Source of the DNA: Podarcis vaucheri
Taxonomy: Eukaryota
Direction: 5' to 3' (one strand)
DNA length: 64,000 nt
Assembly: GCA_965113315.1 (NCBI GenBank)
Contig: OZ220371.1
The notes under the pieces were generated by a model. That model saw only the letters and a list, made by a program, of their open reading frames with translations, made no database searches and was not told where the DNA came from. The translations under genes were made by a program, and so were the position numbers. Position 1 is the stretch's first letter; every line of letters begins with the position of its first letter. Of the stretch, positions 27,870 to 39,826 are shown in pieces.

Positions 27870-27911
<42 letters not shown>

Positions 27912-27917
27912 CACACA
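27870..27917. repeat. (TG)n-CGCG-(CA)n compound microsatellite
   Basis: Directly visible, with a palindromic centre. Confidence 0.9.
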
Positions 27918-27979
27918 GCACACCATGGACAACCACCTCATCTCTGGAGAAGATATTGTAACATGTTGACCTACTTGCT

Positions 27980-28025
27980 TCTCCAGTTCCATCTCTCCAG
28001 TTCCACCTCTCCAGTTCCACCTCTC
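27980..28025. repeat. 14-bp tandem repeat x3
   Basis: TCTCCAGTTCCA(T/C)C repeated. Confidence 0.85.
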
Positions 28026-29366
28026 TTCCATGACCCACAAAAGCCAAGACAATCTTGACATAAAGCATACCCATAAGTCACCCCTCATTATTTAAAACAA
28101 GTCACTATGACCATGACTCTCCAAGGTCCCAGTGGAAAAGATGCCTCCAAATTTCACTGCAACTAAATTATTTAGCCTTGAATGTCTGGAAGTTTCTTTC
28201 AATCAAAGCCAGCAGAAATATCAAGAGCAGTCTATTCAGTTTTCAGTTTGTTACTGGGTCAGACCAAAATCCAGTGTCCTGGATTCAACAAATCCAACAA
28301 ATATTGATTCAAAAACACGTTTAGACCAGCTTTCTAAGCTTTCTTAGTCTTTGCAAGGATTCATTCAAGTATAACGAAAAGGAAACATCACACTCATATT
28401 AAAATATGTTTCAATGAATATGGTATCTCTTTGGTGTATTATATATCAAAATTGTATATTAGATTTATTTCAAAAAATACTATTTCAAAAGCATGAGTCA
28501 CAAATGTAGCACACGCACGCACGCACACACACAATGTCAGACTTTTGAGTTTTACTAAAATTTTGTTCTTCTGTGGCCATTGTGGCTTTCATCTTGCAAT
28601 CTTGAGCTTGCAATCTTACAAACTTTCATCTTCACATTTCATCCCAAATGTCCAAAAATGAGACAATTGGTATGTTATACTAGAATTTTCACACTGAAAC
28701 AACAAAGGACTGAACATTAGAATTCCTTTTAGAAAGGAAAAAAAAGCTTTAGTAGAATATTTAAGTAAAGCAGTGCTACTGTTTTCTGAAGCTGGTTGAT
28801 GGCCAATTTTGAACTGTGACTGCTCAATGTTCTCAAGATTAACAGAGGATGAAACTTGCATTATTTTAGTGAACTGTTTTTGAAAGTGCATTAGTCTCAA
28901 AGGGGAAAAGAAGTCATTACGGAGTACTTATTTGAGCTTCTTCCTTTTACAGCTGTCACAGTGAGCCAAATTTAAGAGCTACCTAAGTGGTGAACTTATC
29001 TCTACATTCATTTTTTGAACTTTTTTCAAGCAAGTTCTTTCCCAGTCAACATTACACATCATATAAAGGGAAGAGGAGTCAAGCAAGGTAGCTGGGGGCT
29101 ATATTTGGTTGCCAATTAATGCATTTCCCTAGGTTCAGTGATTGTTTTCACTTTTACATTTGTAGTTCTAGAGATTTTGCAGACGGGCAATGACATTGAC
29201 TGAAACAATAATTTTGAATAAAGGAGGCTGGAGCAGAAGACCCAGTCAGACTAGACCTACCTCACTCTGCTGCAGTAAACAATTACTGGACAAAGCTGAA
29301 CCCCTTTAATTAAATTAGCATCTTGTAGCACAGGTATTGCTAGCAATTAGGCTTCTTCTTCTGTTT

Positions 29367-29402
29367 CTGCTGCTGCTGCTGCTGCAGCAGCAGCAGCAGC
29401 AG
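29367..29402. repeat. (CTG)6(CAG)6 perfect palindromic triplet repeat
   Basis: Directly visible 36-bp palindrome. Confidence 0.95.
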
Positions 29403-29910
29403 CATAAGAGCTCAGTTTTGATAGTTCCTGGCTAGAATAATGTCAGACTTATGTGTTCCTAGAACACTACATGAACCACTGCCTTACTTTGTTTCTGGCT
29501 TTTTCTTTACACTCATTTTGGGACTTCCATTGCCTTGAAGCACCACAGAACAGAACATTACAAGGGTGAAAATTGAAGTCTAGAAAATTAATGGCCCCAT
29601 TCAGAGATGTGTAAACATTAACTCCACTCCTTCATTTCTGAAGACTGATATGTAAAGGATTTGGAAGTCTGGTTACAGTATTTTGAATCTGAGTATATGC
29701 ATTCCACTTCAGTTAGTTGTTTCTTGGCAAAAGGATTCATATATAACTGATTGCATTCCCAAATTCTGATTCCCCCAGTACTGCTAACCCAACATTATTT
29801 TTTGAATGAAATGTTCACACAACGGGTTTGAATGTCCAGCAGGTGTGGGTGTGTGTGTGTGTGTGTGAGTGAGGCTATTACATTACTTTCCTTCCTCTAT
29901 GATCTTCTTA

Positions 29911-30970
29911 AGATGCTACCACTCAGTGGATTTGTAACTGGCTGACTGACCGAACCCAAAGGGTGCTCATCAATGGTTCCTCTTCATCCTGGAGAAGAGT
30001 GACTAGTGGGGTGCCACAGGGTTCTGTCTTGGGCCCAGTCTTATTCAACATCTTTATCAATGACTTGGATGATGGACTCAAGGGCATCCTGATCAAATTT
30101 GCAGATGACACCAAACTGGGAGGGGTGGCTAACACCCCAGAAGACAGGATCACACTTCAAAACGACCTTGACAGATTAGAGAACTGGGCCAAAACAAACA
30201 AGATGAACTTTAACAGGGAGAAATGTAAAGTATTGCACTTGGGCAAAAAAAATGAGAGGCACAAATACAAGATGGGGGACACCTGGCTTGAGAGCAGTAC
30301 ATGTGAAAAGGATCTAGGAGTCTTGGTTGACCACAAACTTGACATGAGCCAACAGTGTGACGCGGCAGCTAAAAAAGCCAATGCAATTCTGGGCTGTATC
30401 AATAGGAGTATAGCATCTAGATCAAGGGAAGTAATAGTGCCACTGTATTCTGCTCTGGTCAGACCTCACCTGGAGTACTGTGTCCAGTTCTGGGCACCAC
30501 AGTTCAAGAAGGACACTGACAAACTGGAACGTGTCCAGAGGAGGGCAACCAAAATGGTCAAAGGCCTGGAAACGATGACTTATGAGGAACGGTTAAGGGA
30601 GCTGGGCATGTTTAGCCTGGAGAAGAGGAGGTTAAGGGGTGATATGACAGCCATGTTCAAATATATAAAAGGATGTCATATAGAGGAGGGAGAAAGGTTG
30701 TTTTCTGCTGCTCCAGAGAAGCGGACACGGAGCAACTACAAGAAAGAAGATTCCACCTAAACATTAGGAAGAACTTCCTGACAGTAAGAGCTGTTTGACA
30801 GTGGAATTTGCTGCCAAGGAGTGTGGTGGAGTCTCCTACTTTGGAGGTCTTTAAGCAGAGGCTTGACAACCATATGTCAGGAGTGCTCTGATGGTGTTTC
30901 CTGCTTGGCAGGGGGTTGGACTCGATGTCCTTTGTGGTCTATTCCAACTCTATGATTCTATGATTCTATG
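29911..30970 (+). mobile_element. 5'-truncated CR1 LINE
   Basis: ORF 29963-30760: [48 protein letters not shown]. Small deletion and frameshift near 30735. Canonical (ATTCTATG)n tail. Possible TSD CTTTCCTT (29886-29893, 30971-30978). Confidence 0.95.
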
Positions 30971-32201
30971 CTTTCCTTGTGACTTAAACAAATGTGGAAG
31001 GCAATGCAGGATTGTAGAAAAGTCATAAAGGTACGACAAAAGGTATTGCAATAAAATTATATTATCTCCTGAAAGAAATTAATTTTAAAAATAATATATT
31101 AAATAACTTTTTGGAACTCATTAGCATTTCATTAGGTGCCGATTGATAGTAAATTACAAAAAAAACCTCATTAATCTTGTCATGGGTTTTATTAATTTCC
31201 AAAATACATGTCTCCCAATCAGCCTGAGAAACAAACATTAGGCCCAACCCTTAGGTCAGAACCTCTCAAAGGTTATCCTTCTTCTGCCCTTTCCTTAATT
31301 AAAAAGGTTTTAACAAAGATTTTCTCTGTTGTCCTGAGCTATAAAAATGTATCCCTAGAATTATTCTCCTGTACACCTATTTAACAAGGACTCAGTTGCT
31401 TTTGCTGCAGCCAGTAGAATTTTGACTTTTTCCTTTGAACGGAGAGTACTCTTGCCAAAGCACTAACTGCACTGAAACTCACTTCAAGTTCCCGTAACTG
31501 TCATAAGGCATCACAGGATGAAATTTGAGAGACACAAATACAAAGCTATCTTGGAAATGCAAAACCAGTCACATATTTCTTAAGATTCAAGCCTTTGGAT
31601 CTACCTAGGGCTAACTGTAGAGCTCTTGCTAATGTGATATTTATGATTAGACACTTTGTGAACTGACAGAAAGGTAACCCTTTCGCTGTACTTATTGTAG
31701 ATTTATTCGCATCTCATGCATTTATCTCAAATGCATTTATCAAAGATGGTGTGCAAATCAGAGATTTATATTCATAGCAGCATAAATGTTAGCCCTCTCA
31801 CCTGGAATGATTTCCAATACAAAAGTGTGGCAAAAGAAACCTCCCCACACAAAAAACAATAAATCGCTCCTTTCCCCTTCAGCTCAGCAGTGAGCAATTT
31901 GTTTGATGTTTACCACTACGAATGACTTATGCCTGTTGAGTAAAATCTATAATAAGTGACCACACATAATAATGCATCCAGAATTCCTTATTTTGTATGC
32001 TCAATTCACTGTTTCGGTAGCACAGTTCATTTTTCCATGTTTTAAAGAAATGAACTGGAGTGACTGAAATGAGCACTTTCTTAAAGGTTAAATAAATTGT
32101 ACTGGAATATAACCAAAGCTCTTTGGATCATTTAAAGGTCACTTTCTTTTTCTTTCTTTCCCCCCCATCAAATTGTGATTTGTTTTTTTTATTATTTATA
32201 G

Positions 32202-32234
32202 AAAATGACATCTCCCTCTCACTTGAAAAACTGG
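32202..32234 (+). other. Candidate 33-nt frame-preserving microexon of an unidentified host gene
   Basis: Long pyrimidine-rich tract (32140-32199) ending TTATAG, then 33 nt, then a consensus donor G/GTAAGT. Open as (E)NDISLSLEKL(G) or KMTSPSHLKNW. Lies in a repeat-poor block. Confidence 0.4.
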
Positions 32235-33820
32235 GTAAGTTGGTAGGCAGAAGTACATCAGACATAAAAATAACACTGTAGAGTTTTATTATTCTAAACT
32301 GAAAAGCTGCAGATAGTTGATAGAGGGGGGAAATGATTAATTTCTATGGTGTATGTGTGTGCAGCCAATTTCATGAATAGAATACTTTACTTTCACACTT
32401 TTGGCAGAATTTTTGCTCAAGAGCCTCTACGTGGGGAAGGTATTTGTTTGTGTGTAATAGTTCACTTCCCACCCCCACGTGCCTCTTAAAGTATTACCCA
32501 CTTCCTCTAATTTCTTAACGCATTCTCCTTTTACACTCAACATCTATCTTATCCCAAATAGCCAGCTTCTTTCAACCTTTCACCATATTCTTCTTCTTCT
32601 TTTTTTAATGAGGGTCTACCAACCCATAAGCTGGTCATGATGTAAAATTATGGTTGCCCTCCTTTATCAAAATCCCAATTTTGAAGAACAAATGTTTTCA
32701 GTTATTGCAGCTCAGGAACAAGAAAGCCCAGCAACAATTCCTCAGTTCCAACTAATATCAAGCAATTAGTATTTCTGCTATCCTTGGAATTAAGCAAAAT
32801 GTTATTCTGCCACATAGGATTTAAAATGGAAAGGCGGAAAATACAGTTCTGTAATGAAAGCACTACCAAGTGAATGTCAAACATATTTGCACAATTAAAA
32901 TGAGCGCCATCAACCTAGTAGTGACGGTGAGCCCAGGACTGGTGATTAATTGACCAGCCGATAGGACATAAATTGCTGAAATATCAGCCTCAAAGGGAAC
33001 TTTCTACTGTTGCTAGCACTGAGTAACAGAACATGGCATCAGCGCATGGGATAGCTTGTAATTGCTTGGTTAAATAAACAAAACAAGCATGTTTGTGCTT
33101 ACAGCTACTTAATTGCTCCGGTAAGAAAACCAGGCTATTATACCTACAGTAGTCATTAATCACTGCTCTCAACATGAGCATAAGTCCTCTTCCCTTTAAA
33201 CCCCAATATTAATATCTGGCAGGCTGGAAAATTGAAATATGCACCCTTCACCCAGAAGCGTTGTGAATGTTATTGAAATCCCCTTTGACAAAGCTAAGAC
33301 AACCAAGCCTAGACTAGTGTTATGTTTGTAATAAAATATACCTTATTAGTATATATTATTGATCTGTTAAAGACTTGCCATGTGCATCACCTTGACTTTC
33401 TCAAAAGGCAAAGGACTTTTAGAGGGCTCTGGAATTCTTCGCAAATTATAGGTCACTTTGTTCAAGCTACAGCCAGTTTGCTTTCTCTATGGGGGAAACA
33501 AATGAACAATTATTGAGAAGTGCTCTTTTTGTTGTTTCTGGAAAGTACAGCATTACATACCCACTGAAGATGCTGCTGCATTTCCTTCATTCATTGATTA
33601 GTACATATCATGGTCATATGGTGTCAAGAAAAGTGCACAGAGTTTCAGCATTTCCCCCACCACATGCAAAATTATGAACATAGTAAACCATTGATGAAAT
33701 TCTTTGAACACTCTCCCCCCCCAAAAAAAGTTAGCTTTTGCCTTCACATCAGATTACATGATTAATTTCCAGTGACTCCCCCACCAGAAAAGTACCACAT
33801 TCAAACTGATAACCCCACGG

Positions 33821-34163
33821 CAGACCCTCCCAAGTGTCCCTAATTTCCAGGGATGTCCCTGATTTAGAGAAGCTGTCCCAGTTTCTGATTTGATCCCTGA
33901 ATGTCCCGCTTTTTCCTTAGGACGTCCCTACTTTCATTGGAGAACTGTTACAGGGAATGGAGTTATACAACCCCCGAGCCATCTGAAGGCAATACAACAT
34001 ATGTAATTTTTTAACGTTTAATGTTTTATTTTGTTTTTATACATGTTGGAAGCTGCCCAGAGTGGCTGGGGCAACCCACTAAGATGTGTGGGGTAGACAT
34101 AGTAAAACTATCATTATGGAATGGGACATCCCTATTTTCATCGGAGAAATGATGGCGGGCATG
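33821..34163. mobile_element. Degenerate hAT-like non-autonomous element with a duplicated right end and an internal L2 tail
   Basis: Termini CAGACCCTCC / GGCGGGCATG, repeated GTCCC/GGGAC motifs. 33919-33959 is repeated at 34122-34163. 34048-34100 matches the L2 3' end at 8455-8510. Confidence 0.6.
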
Positions 34164-34749
34164 CCACTGCAGAAAAGAAATGATGAAAACACCCAAGAAG
34201 GCTGTACGGAGCTGCTGCTGGACCTCCTGTCTGAAGCAGCTGGTAGAAAGCCCCAAAATTGGGAATTTTGAGTTCAGAGAGATTTGGAACTTTGGAATTC
34301 ACAAAGCCTTGTGAAACCCCCAAGGGACCCAATCCTTTGGCTTCTCAGCAGCACCAGTGTGGAGCTGGTAGAGCTATTAATAATAATACCATCCACTCCC
34401 TGGCTCTTCTAAGGTTTGTTCAGTAAGCCATGCTTAAAATAGACTTCCTGAAATGAACAGGATAACTTAAGTGCCATTGATTTCAGTGAGTCTACTTTAA
34501 GCGAGATTAAGTATGAATCCACTCCAATGGTAGGCTCTTCTGTTAAAAAGCTTTAATCTTATTTAAGCAACCTTGTCAGAAATAATTTTGTTGCTACATT
34601 TTCTAGGAAATAGTCTATAGTTCATGTTCTCAAATATGATTCTAGGTTAAGATACATTTCTACTTGTTTTGATGCTCACAAATAGAGGGGTCAGCCCTTG
34701 GATTAATAGCTCCTTTGCCATCTCTTCTTGATGTTTAAACTCCAGAAGA

Positions 34750-34751
<2 letters not shown>

Positions 34752-34811
<60 letters not shown>
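34752..34811. repeat. (CT)n(GT)n compound microsatellite
   Basis: Directly visible. Confidence 0.95.
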
Positions 34812-34952
34812 AGAACATATATCTGCCCTTAACCCTCTGGATATGAAGCTATCCACATGGAGACAGGTCAAGCCTTAAATCATAATTAAGCAAAACTGAC
34901 ATCTTTCAGATACTTTCAAAATGTAGCAATATATTACTGGGGTGGGTGTGTA

Positions 34953-35151
34953 CCGTATTTTTCGCTCTGTAAGAGGCACCAGACCATAAGACGCACCTAG
35001 TTTTTGGAGGAGGAAAACAAGAAAAAAAGTATTCTGAATCTCAGAAGCCAGAACAAGAGGGACCGCTGCACATTCACTCCATAAGACGCACACACATTTC
35101 CCCTTACTTTTTAGGAGGGAAAAAGTGAGTCTTATAGAGCAAAAAATACGG
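34953..35151. mobile_element. Tc1/mariner (Tc2/pogo-like) MITE, 199 bp
   Basis: TIRs CCGTATTTTTCGCTCTGTAAGA / TCTTATAGAGCAAAAAATACGG, TA on both sides, internal ATAAGACGCAC repeats. Confidence 0.88.
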
Positions 35152-36473
35152 TAATTAAAATCCTTGGTTCTGCATGGTTCTTAGGCAGAAGAGAGTAGCC
35201 ATTTGTTGCATACAAGGTAAGTTGGCTGCCTTGGGGCTTCTGGCTGAGGTGCAAGATGTGGTGGACAAGGGATTTCAGGGTTCACAGGATACTTGATGTT
35301 TGGGATGAGAGATGCCTGTCCACCCTGACATTTTTTCAGCATGTTGGCTAAGAGGACAGCTATTAAATCTGTAGTTCTTATTTCTAACATACCACAGTGA
35401 ATTTTTTGCTAATGAAGGCTATCATACCTATAGGATATAATCTATATTACTAGGTTATGATGCTATAAGGCTCTGAAAGGTGTGCAAATTCATTCCTCTT
35501 CCCCCTGCCCCAGTTATTTGCTGTATCGTTAGATTTCTCACTTGACCCCTTTCTCCTTAAGCATCCATTAAGGCAATTATCCCTGATCAATTTGTAAAGC
35601 CTTTTTCTCTCCCTTTAAACTTCAAACTAGTGCATTTCATGGGCATTTACCACAGGTTTCTGAAGAGTCTATTATGGTCCAAATTGATTCCTTAAAGTGG
35701 CTTCGAACTATGCTGAGAAGTCAGGCCTTTAATATTATCTTAAAATCCAAGATGTTAATAGTAATGGTAGAAAGAGAAATAAGCTTTATAGTGTGTGAGG
35801 TCCCCCCCCCTTCATTTTAAGATGTCACCCCATCAAAGCCTGACATTACACATTCTGCCGTATTCTGCCTTATATCCAAAGCATATTCACCCCGATGACA
35901 GGCACTAATAAACCACGTCCCTTCATGAAAACATAGTGCATCCTAGGCAATACAGAGATGCTTAGAGGCTTCTTAGAATTAAATCAGAAGACTGATCTCT
36001 TTCAAAGAGAGGTTGAGAATTAATCAGTAAGCCGCTGCACAGTGTTTGGACATAAAAGCTAGAGTTTTGTAGATTAAAAGGTAATAATGGCATCAGTTCT
36101 TCCCAACCCTTGAAGATCAGACTATTTTTGAGCATTTTCCACAAAATCTTACACAAAGCAGGGGTAATAATTGTGAGCTGCATACTGCATACTGTCATAT
36201 TTGCCACCTGCCATATTTCATCCATGAAATTTAGCAGCAGCATCTCATCAGCAAGATGGGTGGGGTAACAGCAGTAAAATTAGGCCTTTTTTAATAGAGA
36301 TAGAAGACAGAAAAATAAAATTTCTGTCTTTGGGGAAGGCTGTTCCTTTGCATGCAAACAATCCCAGAACCAAATCACTGTATCATCAGGTAAGTTTGGA
36401 AAAAGCTTCTACTTCCTGTCAGGGTAGATAATACTGACTAGGAAAAGCAATGCTCTGACTAATGAGGCAATTA

Positions 36474-36828
36474 AAGTAAAGGTAAAGGGACCCCTGACCA
36501 TTAGGTCCAGTCGTGACTGTCTCTGGGGTTGCGGCGCTCATCTCGCTTTACTGGCCATAGAAGCTGGCGTACAGCTTCCGGGTCATGTGGCCAGCATGAC
36601 TAAGCTGCTTCTGGCGAACCAGAGCAACACACAGAAACGCCATTTACCTTCCCGCTGAAGCGGTACCTATTTATCCACTTGCACTTTGACATGCTTTCAA
36701 ACTGCTAGGTTGGCAGGAGCAGGGGCCGAGCAACGGGAGCTCACCCCATTGTGGGGATTTGAACCGCCAACCTTCTAATCAGCAAGTCCTAGGCTCTGTG
36801 GTTTAACCCACAGCACCACCCGTGTCCC
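36474..36828 (-). mobile_element. Sauria SINE
   Basis: 13-bp TSD AATGAGGCAATTA / AATGAAGCAATTA. Typical head and tail. Confidence 0.92.
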
Positions 36829-37283
36829 AATGAAGCAATTACCATGTTTTAAACCTTAAGAGGAGAGCAAGAGCAAGAGCAAGAAGAAACAAAAGATGGG
36901 GCATAATAACAGAGGGGGGAGAAGCCACTCTTTTTTGTTTGGCTCATTCCTCAACACGTACACCCACTCCATCCCCCACAAGTTCCCTGCCAGAGTGGAA
37001 GAAAAACCTTGGAAAAGTTTCTGCATCAAAATGATTGCTGGGAAGGTGTCACGCTGTCCCCTCTGCCACCTTCCAGAAGCCAAACACATTCATTTCCTTT
37101 GTCCCATACCATTTACCGGTAAGTAGATAAGGAACAGCAGAAGCAGCATCGACAAGAAAAATGGGGGAGGGGGAAGGATTTCTCTCTTTCTCCACGTCCC
37201 CATTTTGTTACCCTCAAGAGTAATTTCAGATGCAGTGCATTCTGGGACTTGCATTTTATTCAAGGACTCCCAACAGTTGAAAC

Positions 37284-37617
37284 TAAGGATGGTGAGAAAT
37301 TTGATTTGGTTTCCATTTCAATATGAAACTACCTAATTTACAATTCTGGAAACAATACGTAAACTGGAATGCAGCTCTGAATTTTGTGACAGAGATCCCC
37401 AACCAAATAAGTGTGCATAAAAATGCATATGTTGAGGAGAAGCATATTAAAATGTCATAATAGGAAAAGCCACTTAAAATTGTGCGTATCAGGAAGGTAC
37501 AGAATAATGTTGACAAATTCTCATGAAGTCTTTTTAAAAATAAATAAATAAATGCAAACTTTTGCAGGAATATGGAGAACCAAAACAAACCTAAATTGAC
37601 AGATTTGTCCATTCCAA
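37284..37617. mobile_element. Old MITE-like repeat
   Basis: Degenerate inverted termini TAAGGATGG...AAATT / GATTTGTCCATTCCAA. Confidence 0.35.
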
Positions 37618-38864
37618 GTTATAACATACATTAATTTTAGCTCCTAAATCTTCTGTTTTATGCTTTTAATGGTGACTCTGTAACCCCTGAATTATGGATT
37701 CTAAAACAAATAGATTAAGAAATGAGGATGAAAGGTTCTTCCAGGCAATCACTCATTTCCAAAATAATTCTCACAATAGGTAGAATCATTACAGTATTGT
37801 ATTTTTTTCAATATTCAATGTTGTCTAAATGGTAAATCCACACAGCTACTAAAACCAGAACTAAAACATTCTTTCTTCACATCTGTGGGAGCTTGTGTAA
37901 GTCAGTTGTGGGAGACCTCTTGTATTTTTACTGTTACAAGTGTGATCCATTTACAGTACTTTATTTTCTAGCCCTCAAGATTTTTTCAATGATCCTATGT
38001 ATAATAGATGAAAGATATTTCTTAATGCTTTCTTTCTACAGGCTAATTTCCAGCACAGATTTTGGTCCATTGTTAGTAAGGGTAATGAGAGGCAGAGTAA
38101 ATTTATGCTTACTCCATGAAGGTTATTTTCTCACTTTCTCTCTCTGAGAAGCACCTTTGATCATAAAATTCTCTTTGATCAACTGAAGCACACTATTCAG
38201 ACGTGAGTTAAATTGTCCAGATTGTGTAAAATCGTTATATAGGAAAGTATTTCTCTGCTTGTTCTTAACTTTAGCACCATGATTGAACGTGCTGCAGACT
38301 GCATGCCATAATATTTGAACAGAATGTAAGTAGCCTGCAGTTTCACACACATTACTACCACTAATGGCAAACTAGGTTTTCCTAAGCCAAGAAGAGTGCA
38401 TCCAAAATGAAACTACTGAGAAACAAGAAGTACCCACCCCAAAAAATCCTTTAACAAAAACACCCAAGGGGAAAACCCTGCCCCGCCAAAAAAGTATGAT
38501 GAGTTGTGAGCATGCTTAGTTATCTCTAGAATCACAATGTTGGTAGGGTAGTGTTGGAGGGGAAGGGACTGTCGAGAAACCTCATTAAATCTGGGTTGTG
38601 GGGGAGAAAACTAAACTGGTACAGGTCTCTCTCTGTGAAATATATTTAATATATTTAATTAAGTCATAATTTACATGTTATGTCTTTAATACACAAATGT
38701 AACTAATGGGATATGTGAGAGGAAGTTCATTTCCAAGGCCACTCATCTTTTCTAGTGGGCGGCATTGTGGCGATGCACGCGGAACCTGATAGTGATCTGG
38801 CATGGGGGCGGGGATTGGAAGCCCACTCCATGCGTCACCCCTAGTAGTGCTGGTATAGACTTTT

Positions 38865-39229
38865 GCGGGTGGTGCTGTGGTCTAAACCACTGAGCCTCTT
38901 GGGCTTGCCAATCAGAAGGTCAGCAGTTTGAATCCCCACAACAGAGTGAGCTCCTGTTGCTTTGTCCCAGCTCCTGCCAACCTAGCAGTTCAAAAGCATG
39001 CCAGTGCAAGTAGATAAATAGGTACTGCTGTGGCAGGAAGGTAAACAGTGTTTCATTGCGCTCTGGTTTCTGTCATGATGTCTCGTTGTGACAGAAGCGG
39101 CTAAGAGATGACCCGGAAAGCTGTCTGTAGACAAATATCGGCTCCCTCAGCCTGAAAGCGAGATGAGTGCTGCAACCCCATAGTCACCTTTGACTGGACT
39201 TAACTGTTCAGGGGTCCTTTACCTTTTTT
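38865..39229 (+). mobile_element. Sauria SINE
   Basis: Reverse complement of the copy at 11905-12292, ending GGGGTCCTTTACCTTT. Confidence 0.9.
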
Positions 39230-39704
39230 TGCCTGGTACTGTGGGAAACTGCTACTTGTCATCAGATTACACAGTATGGAATCAAAGCGTTGGGACATCA
39301 AAGATCATTAGCTGAACCTTCTGATAGTGCAGGAAATCCACTACTTCAGCCACTCTGAATAGTGTCCATCCAGCTTTGTAAAAAATATCAAAAGATACAT
39401 CAGATGATGAACAAATATATCACTCAGTATAAAGAGCCTTCCTGTGTTTTTGTACCTTCTGCAATCCTCAGCTACATAGCCATTTAAATGAGTGTGCGTT
39501 AGTCTACCTGTTTTCATCCATCCTGCTAGGCCTGCAGGACTTGGAAACTTTCTGGTCCCTTCCATCCTATGATTCAATTACTGTTCAGGTCTTAAAACAG
39601 TCCCACTATAGATTAGCCTACTGTCCTCTGATGTGCCAGCCAAGCATAGACTGTAATTCTAGCCCCACTTTCCTGGGGGTAAGCCCCACTGAATTCAATC
39701 AAAA

Positions 39705-39781
39705 CTGTGTTTTGATTTGTTGGAAGCTGCCCAGAGTGGCTGCGGTAACCCAATGAGGTAGGTGGCACATTTTTTTTATTA

Positions 39782-39826
<45 letters not shown>
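39705..39826 (+). mobile_element. L2 3'-end fragment with (ATT)n tail
   Basis: GGAAGCTGCCCAGAGTGGCTG is identical to the L2 3' end at about 8456, and is followed by (TTA)n. Confidence 0.75.
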
